This document shows, piece after piece, positions 38,789-49,987 of a stretch of DNA of 64,000 nt. The notes under the pieces were generated by a model. It saw nothing but the letters and a program-made list of their open reading frames with translations, made no database searches and was not told the origin of the DNA. The translations under genes and the position numbers were made by a program. Position 1 is the first letter of the stretch. Each line of letters begins with the position of its first letter. The stretch comes from Lama guanicoe (taxonomy: Eukaryota), in assembly GCA_013239625.1 (NCBI GenBank), contig MU054187.1, forward strand, positions 6,397,757 to 6,461,756. Reading direction: 5' to 3'.

Positions 38789-40277
38789 CTTAGGCTAAGC
38801 TTTCATTTCACATTCAGATCAATTCTGCAGAATGGATACCCTGAATATCTCCTTGTTTAGAAAATAAAGGCACCGGGCTTAGAGTGGCTAAGTGGCACGT
38901 CTACGCCACCTGCCCATCAAGCTGCAGAGCCTGGGACCTAGGCCATGGCCCTCTGATCTATGACAGGGCTTGCCCCTAAGAAGCAGATGGCTTCATCAAG
39001 GGAACATTAGGCCAGCAAACCCTGAAAAGTAGAGGTGAGACGAAGATGGAGAGGGTCTAGCATGCTCCTTTCTGCAGAGACCCTCCGGTGACTGGATACC
39101 ACTGTTGGAATAAACTCGACCTCCTAGACGTTCCGGGTCTGACCCCTGCCTTCCTCCTGTCCGACCCCATTCTCCTCTGTGCTCCCCATGCTCAACGCAG
39201 GTTGACCTTTTCCCTGTTTCCTCAACAGGCCAAGTTCATTTCTGATTTAGGGCGTTGGCACTGGCCATTCACTCTGCCTGACTGCGGTAGAACGATCATT
39301 CACCATTTTTAGTACTCGTCTTGAAATTTACATTATCTAATAAATATTTGCCACTAGTTTCTGTTGTTGATTTTTGTCGATTTTTTTTTTGGTGGGGGAA
39401 GGGGTTGTACCATCCTGGGAATTCACTTCAATGATATAATGCTGCCCTTTCTAGAGCCTTAAGGAAGACAGGATGAGTGAACAGAATATTTCAGGGGAGG
39501 AAACTCAGATTTCCTTTTATAAACAAGGATGTAGATGGCCAGAGAGTCGGGGGGAAGGGCTTGAGTTCGCTCAACTAAATCAACAGTGCGCCAAAGCCAA
39601 TACCAGAAACCCGGCCTTGTGACAGAGTTCTGGTGTCTTCAAATTACCAGACTTCTCTTCACATTTCTCCATTTATTCATTCTTTCAGCAGGTGTTTATC
39701 AATCAGTTAATATGTGCCAAAAGCCATGCAAGTCGCTGAGGGCACAGAAGGAGAATCTCCAGACAAAACTTCAGGACTTAAAGAAGTCAAATTCTCGCCT
39801 GCGTGGCGGAGGAGTGAGGAGACAGAAACTAAGCAATCAAAGGGACAAGATAATTTTAGGAGTTGATCTGTGCTGTTCTGTCCCCTTTATAAGCTTCTCC
39901 TCACAGTCACCTCTGTTCTACAAGCAGATCCGTCCCTTTCTCCTCTTAGACATGGAACAGGATGATGTTTGTTTCAGGCCCATCTTTTTAAGTAAGATGA
40001 CAGAGCAGGAGTAGAGGTCAAACAAATCTCCAAGGAAGCACATTGTGTACTACCTGTCAGAAATAACAGGAAGATTTGCCACTGGAATGTTCATAACTTT
40101 TTAAAAAACCCTGAAAGTTGACCTTGCTATAAAAATAGACCCTACTGAACAGAAGGGAGATGCACACTTTAAAAATCCAAGTACCATCTTTGCCTTAAGG
40201 AATACATAACTAACTTCCTTTCACACCAATTACTTATTACTGCTTTGAGGATAAGGTAGCTAAGATATTATTTTGCA

Positions 40278-40552
40278 GTTTTATTTTTATTGTGGTAAGA
40301 GATACATGGCAAAATGTATGACTTTAACCATTTTTAAGTGTACAGCTCCATGATGTGAGATACATTCACATTGTTACACAATTAACAGCACCATGCATCT
40401 CCAAAACTGTTGATCACCCCAAACTGAAAACGCTATACTCATAACACAGCACCTCCCCGTTACCCCTGCCCCTAGTCCCGGGTAACCACCATTCTGCTTT
40501 CTGTCTCTGTAATTTTGACTAGAACCTTATGTTGGTGGAATCACACATGATT
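40278..40552 (-). mobile_element. L1MA/MB-type 3' end
   Basis: TTTAACCATTTTTAAGTGTACAG...GGTAACCACCATTCTGCTTTCTGTCTCTG is antisense L1 3'UTR. Confidence 0.85.
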
Positions 40553-42061
40553 TTAAAATATTTTAAAACTGACCTACTCTATATAGGAATCAAACGGTAA
40601 ATTACTAGCACCAGGAACTCTGTTCTGACTATTGTTATTGACCATGGTTTTTATGCATTTCGCTTATTACATCTGGGAGCTGGTGTTAGTGAAGGAGGCG
40701 ACTTCAGACCATTTTGACAAAATAAATCACTAGACGCTTCTCATAACATACAGAGTTTCTAAGTGTATTAAAGAAGGCAAGTTTCAGAACAAAGAGCTAC
40801 TTAACTACTTACGTGTTACTGTTTCTGATTTCCTACATGGAAATATAAGTTTATAAGAGCTTTAGGTCTTACATTGTATGGGTTTGAGGTGATGTGTCTG
40901 GTGCAAATTAAAAAACATTTTCTCTGATGTTCAAAATTATTTTCTTTGAAAAAATGGGTTTGAGTGATCATAACACATACATTTTAAAATGGGCTACAAT
41001 CAATGACAGCTCTATCATTTGACTTAAACAAAACCCAGATTTGGGGGACACCCCCAGCAAACGCATTAGCAGCATCACTTTCGTTGTCTTCCTCTGGGCT
41101 AACTGAGTAGACAGAGTTCTCCTTTGCAGCAAGCAGGCACTGATAAAACATCTTTAGCTGTTCTGTCATCCTTTAGGTTGATGGCAGGCGGGCCTTCAAT
41201 GCCTATAAATTTGATCTATGTTCAGCAAAGCCACACATTTAAAATCCTGACTTTCAAGATTTCATAAGTCTTAAATACATCTTAACTCCAGACTAGAAAT
41301 GCTTAAATTATATATGACTCAAGCATACTTGAAGAGGCTGGGTAAATCGTTTTGGGTGCTATCAATTCTCTGTTCTCTAATTAAATTAACTTTCTGTCTG
41401 CTCACAAAGTTGAAGGGAGTGGATTTTGTATATGCATTGTGCAGGGCGCAGGTTCCAAAGCCAGTAAGGTTTGCACCCATGTTCCAGGACTGCTTCCTGA
41501 GTGTTTTTCAGCAAGGTAAGGGCAAGAGGCCTGGGAGACTTTGAGGAAGGTGAGCAAGTTAGAGAAGGAACATGGGAAGACAGGAAGGCAGAACGTAAGG
41601 GAAAATGGACAGGCCGGTCTTCAGTGTTACGCCTGTAAGTGGCTATGTTGACCTAAATCAGGAACTTAGAAAATAAAGATGCCTGCGTGCCACTCATTGG
41701 CTATGCTTCCCTGAATCACTATGCATATTTTATTCACATGCCCTGTTTTGCTACGAGTAGACTTGCTATGCATTGCTGTTCTATTAAATACATATACATG
41801 GTTGTTAATGGTGATAGTGATGATGACGAGGAGGACTTTTACTGAGAAAGCCAAGGACAGCAGAAAAGGCAAGACAGGAAGAAATGAGGGCATGAAGAAA
41901 AGCAAGGGGCAAAACTCACTAACAGGGCCGAGCCAGCCGGTCCCGCCGCCGCTCCGCTCCCACTGGCTACGCTTCAATTTCGCAAGCGCTCTTGCCTCTT
42001 TTCTTTAGATGGAAACAAGCTTCATTTTAATTGCAAAAGCCTTCATTTACAGTGAATTTAA

Positions 42062-42880
42062 CAACGAACAAGAAATAGATTCGTGGCGAGGACGTGGAGG
42101 AAAGGGAACCCTTGTGCACTTTTGGTGGAACGCAGACTGGTGCAGCCACTAAGGAAAACAGTGTGGAGGCCTCTCAAAAAATTAAAAATAGAACCACCAT
42201 ATGATCCAGCAATCCCACTTCTGGGTGTGTATCTGAAAGAACTGAAACCATTATCTAGAAGAGATAGCTGTACCCCCACGTTCACTGCAGCATTATTTAC
42301 AACAGCCAAGGTGTGGAAACAACCGAAGTGTCTGCGGCTGATGAATGGATCAAGAAAATGTGGTATATAGACCCAATGGAATATCATTCAGCCTTAAGAA
42401 AGGAAGGAGATCCTGTCATTTGCAACAACAGGGAAGAAACCAGAGGGCATTACGCTAAGTGAAATAAGTCAGACAGAAAAAGACAAATACTGTGTAGGAT
42501 CACTTATATGTGGAATCTTAAAAAAAAAAAAAAGTCAAACTTACAGAAACAAAAACAGGGAGCTGAAAAGCGAATGTCAGGGGCTGAGGTTGGGGAAAAC
42601 GGGGAGAGGTCTGTGAAGGATACAGTCTTTCGGTTACAAGAACAAAGTCTGAGTATCTGATGCATAACGTGGTGCCTACAGTTAAGACTGTACCATGTGA
42701 CTGAAATTTGCTAAAAGAGTAGAACTTAGATGTTCTCACCAAAAAAGAGAGAGAGTAAATATATGAGGTGATGGGTGAATGGGGGAATCCTTTCCCATGT
42801 ATACGTGTGTCAGGTTATTGCACTGGCACAATTTAATTACAATTTTATATGTCGATTATACCTCCATAAAGCTAAGAAAA
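42062..42880 (+). mobile_element. L1 ORF2 C-terminal remnant plus 3'UTR (L1MA-like)
   Basis: ORF 42083-42370 translates as [19 protein letters not shown]...[17 protein letters not shown], the L1 ORF2 C-terminus. A 3'UTR follows. Confidence 0.92.
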
Positions 42881-44674
42881 GTGAAGTAGATTGGCAGATT
42901 TTTAATCAACTAAATCCCAAAAAACCTTCTTGGTATTTAAGTTGTCAAGGGAATAATATTCATTCAGAAAGCAGCCCAGCTCAGTTTTCCAAAGAATTGA
43001 TTATTTTATATTTTAAAAGATTACTTTTTCTCCTACATCCTAGAAAGTACAAAGCAGTGCCCTGCCCCTGGCAAAGAAAGGAGAAGAAACTGTTGTCTCC
43101 TATGATTGAGCAAATACATACACATCAGGAGAACCTCTTTGAATTGGGCTTTAGCCATATACTTAATAAAGGCGGCCCAGGGGAGGCAGGGGTGGGGACC
43201 AGGAGACAGAAGCATCCCACAACGTGCAAGGCCAGCAGAATCTGTTCCCACCCTCGTGACCCAGGCATTATACCCATGTCACCAGCGCAGGCACCACTGT
43301 TATTTATCGCTCTCCTTGCCGGGAGCGGCTGAATGGCTCTCAACTAAACCACAAAGAGCGTCCATTTTAAGTGCCTTCAAAATTGCCACTGAGTTTATGT
43401 CATAAAGAGGGGGCACAAGGAGACATCACTTAGATTAGAACTTCTATTTTCTTGTCTAGTGAAATTATTATGTAATTAATATTCTTGTTCCCGTAAGAGC
43501 TTATTCTGCACAACAGAATGTTTGGAGGAAAAGCAATGCCTAACTGTGGTTTCATTTCACACATTCCAAAGCTACAGCATAAACCCAGGGCAGGTGATGG
43601 CCATTCCCTAACTCTGGGGTCTCGCACCTACAAAACATTTAAAAAGCTCCAATGCCTGACAAGTTGTATATTAAAGATTAGATTTCCTAGGGCAGGTGCC
43701 GGTAAGGATTCTACAGCCAAACTATTACAGGTTTATTCCAAGCCACTTGTAAACTGATTTAATACATCATCTCTGTTTAGAACCTGCAGCATATCATTAG
43801 TGAACAACCTGGGAGTGCATTGAGAAGGAAAACTTCATTTTCAATTTAAAAAATGAAAATACAGTAACTATTGCTTAAATCCCTGGGAAGTCCAACTGTC
43901 TTTTCTGGGCAGGCTTTCCATTTGGGTGAGGGCTGACAACAGAGGTGGTAGCATCATTCACAGAGGGACCATTTTACGGCAATAATAGCACAAAAGGACA
44001 GTTGCTAGTACATAAATCACAATGTCAGAGGGGTCCCCGACCTTGGCTTATCAGTAGAAGTTCCAAAAACACGGCAGGTCAGGTAACCCTTCAATGCCAA
44101 GGTAACGCTTCACAGGTAGGAATCGCTACCATGGTATCTTCCGTGCTGGGAAAACAGGTACCAGGCAGGTGTTGCGTGCAGGCCTGGGTAGGGTTGGGTT
44201 AAACAGGCGACTTGCCTAACTGCAGCCAAGGTGCTGAGGGCAAAACCAGGGATGTGATAACAGAGGAATGGAATGACGCAGGCAGCCTGTGGTTCGCATC
44301 CATCACAAGGAGAGAGATTTCAGTAGCTTGGCTCACCGAGCATCATCTGTGCATTCAAAGTCACCTTCTAGCTTGGGCTTTGGGAACAGATATGCACGTG
44401 GCTCCTGAGAGCACGTGGCACCACCCGCAGCTGCTGGGGTCCGGATGGTGCGGAGCAGATGCTGCTGGGGGTGAGGGGGGAGCGGCTGCTGTGGGCAGGG
44501 CACTGCACGCAGGGATGCTCTGGCCCCAGCTCTCCCAGCTGCAGCACCGTCTTGTATTTCCTCCTTTGCCTGTGGACAAGGCTCAGCGATAACTCTGTTC
44601 CCTTCCTTCACACAAAATATTAGCTCTACCAGGAGTGCAGGATCGATCTTCCACCTCCTTCTGCTCTCAGTTTA

Positions 44675-44773
44675 TTTTTTTTTAAAAAAAATTTTTAATG
44701 GAAGTACCAAGGATTGAACCCAGTACCTTGTGCACGCTAAGCATGCGCTCTACCACTGAACTATACTCTCCCC
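44675..44773 (-). mobile_element. tRNA-Ala-derived SINE (camelid vic-1 type)
   Basis: The reverse complement reads GGGGAGAGTATAGTTCAGTGGTAGAGCGCATGCTTAGCGTGCACAAGGTACTGGGTTCAATCC plus an A-rich tail. 13-bp TSD TGCTCTCAGTTTA at 44662-44674 and 44778-44790. Confidence 0.88.
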
Positions 44774-47700
44774 AGCTTGCTCTCAGTTTAAAGGGCAGCT
44801 TTCCCCTGCCCCTGCGCCCCAGTAAACTAGGGTGACAGATCCCTGTTTTTATCATTCTCTATTCCAGTCCCTTCCTTTTATGAATGAGGATACTAATGGC
44901 CAGAGAGTTAGGGAAGTGCCTGAGGTCACTCATTTAGAGTAACCATGGCGCCCTCGGCTGTGTCTATAACTTCTGCAAGGGCAGGACGTCGGAAGTCCGA
45001 TGAACAAATCTGACTACTAGGTGATAAAGCCAGTGCACTGCCCAAACGAAGGAGTCAAACCACTTTTTCCTTTTCCTTTAGATTTGCCGACAAACAGCTG
45101 TTCTCAGCCTGTATCAGCTGAGTGGGAAGAAGAGTTTTTACCCCTCTCTCTCTTGCCACCTCCCGAAGTCACAGATGCATCACTTCTTCCTTTACCCTCT
45201 GGTGAAGCTGTTGGTTAATAAGAGCTGGGGGAGGTGGGGGGAAGGAGAGGGGAAGAGCTTCAGGGCCCCCGGGTCTCGGGTATAAAGCGAGGAGCGGTCC
45301 TTCCCGGTCCAGCCCAAACATACTGACAGCCTCTTAGCCTCCAAGTCCTGTGTTTAATTCTCTGAGTCTTTTGTCTGTCTTCTGTTTTCTATTATCCTAA
45401 CATGTAAGTGCCAGCACCCCAGACGAAGCACCCCATCCAGGAAATGGAACAAGAGAGGGAAGATCACAATGCGGGGGAAGAAGCAGGGATGGTGAAAATG
45501 ACATTGAACACAGAGGTTTGCAAGCTTAACACGCACGATGGTGCTATGAGGATCTTGTATACTTTCAAATCCCCAGATCTCCCCAACTCCTTGAATCTGG
45601 ATTCAGCAACTCTGAGACTGAAGTGTTGGATCCCAGAATCTACATTCCAGGGCCCTGATAATATCATAAAAGTGGGTCCTACACCTTTACCTGTCCTAAC
45701 ACAATCAAGTGCCTGTGGCTTGAGCCCCCTGATCTAAGCCAGTGCTTCCAAGCGGTGTGGGCTCAGACACTGCCTCCCAGGGGTGGCCCGAGGACCCAGT
45801 CTAGACGGATGACGCTTGGCCAGCCTCATTTGTCTCCGTTGCTGGTGCCTTCCGAATACTGTCACCTGTTCTGAGTGTGCTGTGAGAGAATGTGTGAGAG
45901 TGTGAGAGAGTGAGAGAGGTTGTGGAACGTTGGGGAAGCCATACTGTTTGAGAGCCCCACACAGGTGAACTATCCCTTGAACAATAAAGTTAGTTTCGGA
46001 GGAATTATAAATAAAACAGGAGAGAAGAAAGGACAGAATCTGGGGCCAGACTGGAATGCAGGAGAGGACTCTGTACAACATCCTCATCCACCGCCCAGAT
46101 GCAGAGAGACAGAGAGCCCCGGCAAGAGGGAGGGCCCCAGTCCACATTTTCCCGGCCAGGGCCGCTCTCCTCCTGTGTTGAAACGCTGCGTCTTCTCTTT
46201 CTTTCACCATCTGGCAGCAGGTCTCACTGCCTTGTATTTTCAAAGCACGTTGTAGGACACTGCTTGCTTGTCCAGGAAGACAGTCTCCACCCGTCAAATG
46301 TACAGTTCCATGGGCATCTCTGGTGGGAATTCGTAAGGATTTTTTGTTCTGAGACCAGAGAATGACACCCCTTCCACGAAAGCACCTCTGCTGAACTTGT
46401 CTTTGGCATCAGCGTCTGGAAGGGTAGAGATGAGGTGCCCTTCCTCTGCTGACCAGAGCCCACCCCACGTTCAGACAAGTCTCCCCTTGACAACTTCCCG
46501 CCTCCCTGGGCTGTGGGCAGTGCTGGGTGACAGGGTGGCCGGTGTTCGGGATGCTCTCACCCTTCCGGTTCCTGGTCCTTGACGTGCCCTGTCCCCACTA
46601 GTGTCTGCCAGAAGGTTCAGAGCAACAGTAGCAAAGAGCGCTTGTTGCTCCAAAAGCCTGTCACACATCTGCTCCCGTGGAAGGCGCTGAAAAGGGTGGA
46701 CGTGGGGGGGGGTACCAGTAATTTAACATGGTCTTATTGGCAATTTAGTTAAACCTGCTGTGCTGTACTGTCTCAAGGCAGGAAGATAAATACACATTTT
46801 AGGGACCGAATCAGCTGGCATTTGAAAGAGGAGGAGCAAGAGAGAGACACCTTCCTGGGAGCTTGACAGGTGAAAAATGACCTAGAAGAGTCCCTTGTTA
46901 ACAGGTGGCTTGGCTGGTGAAGGTAATGAAAACCAACTCATGTTCGCTTTAGACGGCTTCACACAGAAAGGACAGGGGTTGGGTTTTACGCATTGTGATT
47001 TTTTTTTACCTACGTGCTCTCCTTTGAATAGCAGCTCTCAGTTGTTTGTGAGGCTCAAGTACATAGTTGTGGTAAACAAAGCCGCACAGATTATCTTTAG
47101 GGACTTTTACATGCAGTTTTGTATTTATAGATGGAAATGGCTGTTTCACGCTTTGAGAATTCATGTTTAGCAGAGTAACGAAGCCCTACTGGGCAGCTCT
47201 CCCTCTGCAAACGTTGGAAACCTGCCCAGTTCCTGCCGGACTCCTTTTTATGGGCTCTTAGCTATAATCCTTGATGTCTTGAGATTCAATATTATCAACC
47301 CTTTGACGTGCTGGCTAGTAGGAGAGATAAAGTTAAATGTTTGCATTTCTGCCTCTGTCTTTTGACAAAAGAATGGGCGTTGCAAATGTTACAAGGAAGC
47401 GCCCTGGGTGGGCGGAGCAGGCCTGGCGTTGCTGACGGGGCAACAGAATTTGGTAGCACAAGATGTGGGTCTGAGTCCCAGTCCTGCCACTTAACAGTAG
47501 CCTTAAGCAAGCCACGTAGTCTCTCAGAGCCTTAGACCCTCATCAGCCAAGGGTTATCATGTCAGCACCCTGCTTACCTCGTCGGCTGGGTGGGAGGGGC
47601 AAATGAGAGGGTAGCTATGAGAGCACGTAGTGAACTGCAGCAGGGTCTTTTCTATTTCAAACGTGCAAAGGCTCTAGTGCTAGTGGGTCTCCTAGCTGTT

Positions 47701-47929
47701 AACGATGCGATCTCAGTGATTAAGCCTGGATTTTCCATATACAGAGATGGTCTACCCCAAATAACTGCACATTAACCCTCAGCATACTTTGAAGTTTCTT
47801 TTCAGGCTGCAAGAGTATGAGAGGGAGCCATCGGAATAGACACGCTCGGGCTGAAGTCAGGAAAACTCGAACACAGCCTCACAGCCAGCAGTGCCTCCGA
47901 CCCGCCCAGGGCCCAGATCGCGTCTTTTT

Positions 47930-49010
47930 CTCCCCAGCCCATGGTGATCTCATTCAATCCTCTGATGTCAAATGTCACCTATATGCTGAAGATGCTGAAA
48001 GTTACAGTCCCAAACCGGAACTTTCCCTGAGCTCCAAACAGACATCCAGTTTTTCGGTGCTGTCCATTGGTTGTCTAAAAGGCATTAGAAAATCAACATG
48101 GCTTATATACAGTGAGCCACCGATCTCCCCCCATACCCACTTCCCATCAAATCTTATTTATCTCAACCAATGGCAGGACCAATAGTTCTCAGGCCAAAAT
48201 TACAAGAACCATGCATGCTGGACTCTGTCCTGGAGCCTCCTGGGGTTCAAATCTTAGCTCTGTGACTTTGGATAAGTTACTTAATCTTTCTGTGCCTCAG
48301 TTTTCTCACCTCAAAATGGGAACAGTAAATAGTACCTATCTCTTCATATTTTTGGTGAAGATAAAATGTGTCAGTAAAGCACTCAGAACAGTGCCAGCAC
48401 ACTGCAGGTGAGGGTTTGCTTTTGTTCTTACTCTTTCTTCACGCATCTTCTAAATTTATTAGCTCTACTTCCAAAGCAGACTTTGAATTTGCTCACTTGG
48501 CTCTGTTCCAATACCACAGATGGTCCAGACCATGCTCCCAGCTCTGCTGAATTCCTGGCCCTTCCCACTTGCCTCCTTGTCTTCACTTTCCCTCTGCTTC
48601 TGTCCATCCTCTGCAGAGCAGCTGGATCCAGGCTCCTCACCTGGAAGTCCCACCTGCTCTGGTCTTGCTTTCCTTTCCAGTCTCATTGAGTTTCTCTACC
48701 TCAGTCAGGATGGTCTAGCCACCACGGTGGCTCTTTTGCATCATTCATTTCTCAGCTCAAGGGCACCTCCTCCAGGACACTGTCTCTTGTCTCCACCTTC
48801 AGAAGCCTGGTCCACCAGTCACTGCCTGGCATCGTCATTGCCTCCTCTTCTCTTCACAGGCTTAACAGGATCTGAAATGACCTAATTAATGGGCAGGCCT
48901 AGAGGTCCCTGTTCATCTCTTCCCATGGACTGTCAGGTCCTTGAGCGTGGGGACCCGCTTTCTCTATTTTGTTGCCATGTCCTGACAATGCTGAACGTTA
49001 CCCGATGCCT
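47930..49010 (+). mobile_element. Degraded L2 with a nested MIR (about 48205-48420)
   Basis: L2 motifs (GATCTCATTCAATCC...CACCTATATGCTGA, GACTGTCAGGTCCTTGAG) surround the MIR core CTTAATCTTTCTGTGCCTCAGTTTTCTCACC. Confidence 0.65.
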
Positions 49011-49027
49011 AAGAGCCTGGAAAACAG

Positions 49028-49616
49028 TGACGGCTAAGACACCCCTCACCCATCCTTTGTATTTTGAGAAACGGCTTGCTTACAAAGAGCCGTCCTTCCT
49101 CAGAATGACTTAGATAAGGCTCATGGACGCCCTGTGTTTACGCGTAACAAGGCTGGACACAGAGCTTCCAAATTTCTATTCTTCGCCTCATAACTGATTA
49201 GCTGAGCTGCTTGTCTCCACTGATCAACTGGAACAGAATATTTGTTAACCAAACTGGTTAATATCCTCTCTTTCCTCCAGGCCACTGAACTTTGGCCCAC
49301 CCTCAGGCTGAGCCAGCAAGCAGGTAGGACTAGGCTGACCACAGGGTAAGATATTCTGTGATCTACTGTCCAACCAGGCCACTCCTCCCTCCCACTCTCC
49401 CACACCCGACTCTTTCTAGCCTCTTCACTCCTTCCTATGAAAGCAAAGCCCTTGCTGCCTAACCCTTGAGATGCTCACAGATCTTACAGTCACAGTGTCC
49501 TTCCTTTTGTAATGTTCCTTCTCCCCCAACTGCAATCATCCCTTTCCTTCCTTGCAATAATCCTTTTGAATAATGTCTCTCTTCAATAAACCTGGATTTG
49601 TTGCTTTTATTTGAAA
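49028..49616 (+). mobile_element. ERV1 LTR, MER89/MER90/MER110-group-like
   Basis: The 3' end CTTGCAATAATCCTTTTGAATAATGTCTCTC...TTTTATTTGAAA and overall LTR length fit this group. Confidence 0.6.
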
Positions 49617-49973
49617 GTTCCCAGTGTCTAAAAGGTGCCAGGCCAATGGTAAGTGCCTAATGGATATTTGTTATGGAATAAAAATAGAGTGTTATTTGGG
49701 ATCCTGGTCAAAATACTGCGGCTTTTTATAGCAACTCTGTCCATGGTGAATCCGGTGCTCATTGCTGAAGCCTCCAGTTGTGAGGTGGTGTCAGTTAGCG
49801 CTGACTTCTGGGTGCAGAGATAGAACCTTAGGAGAGACAAGACATTCAGACCAAGAGTGGGGGAGCTGATGGCAGACATGGAATTGCCATTTACTCATCA
49901 ATTCATTTCATCCGTAGTCACTCGTCCTCTCAAGAGTTTAGTTTCCTCGCCCCTCACTCTAGCCTTTCACTGT

Positions 49974-49987
49974 GTGCCGCCTGGTGG
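49974..49987 (-). promoter_or_regulatory. Candidate CTCF site
   Basis: The minus strand reads CCACCAGGCGGCAC, close to the CTCF core consensus. Confidence 0.4.

Noticed and set aside
42083..42370. ORF with clear protein similarity
   Set aside because: It is the decayed L1 ORF2 C-terminus, as is 32405-32608, not a host gene.
44700..44773. tRNA-Ala(AGC) gene
   Set aside because: Stem mismatches, an A-rich tail and a 13-bp TSD show it is a retroposed SINE.
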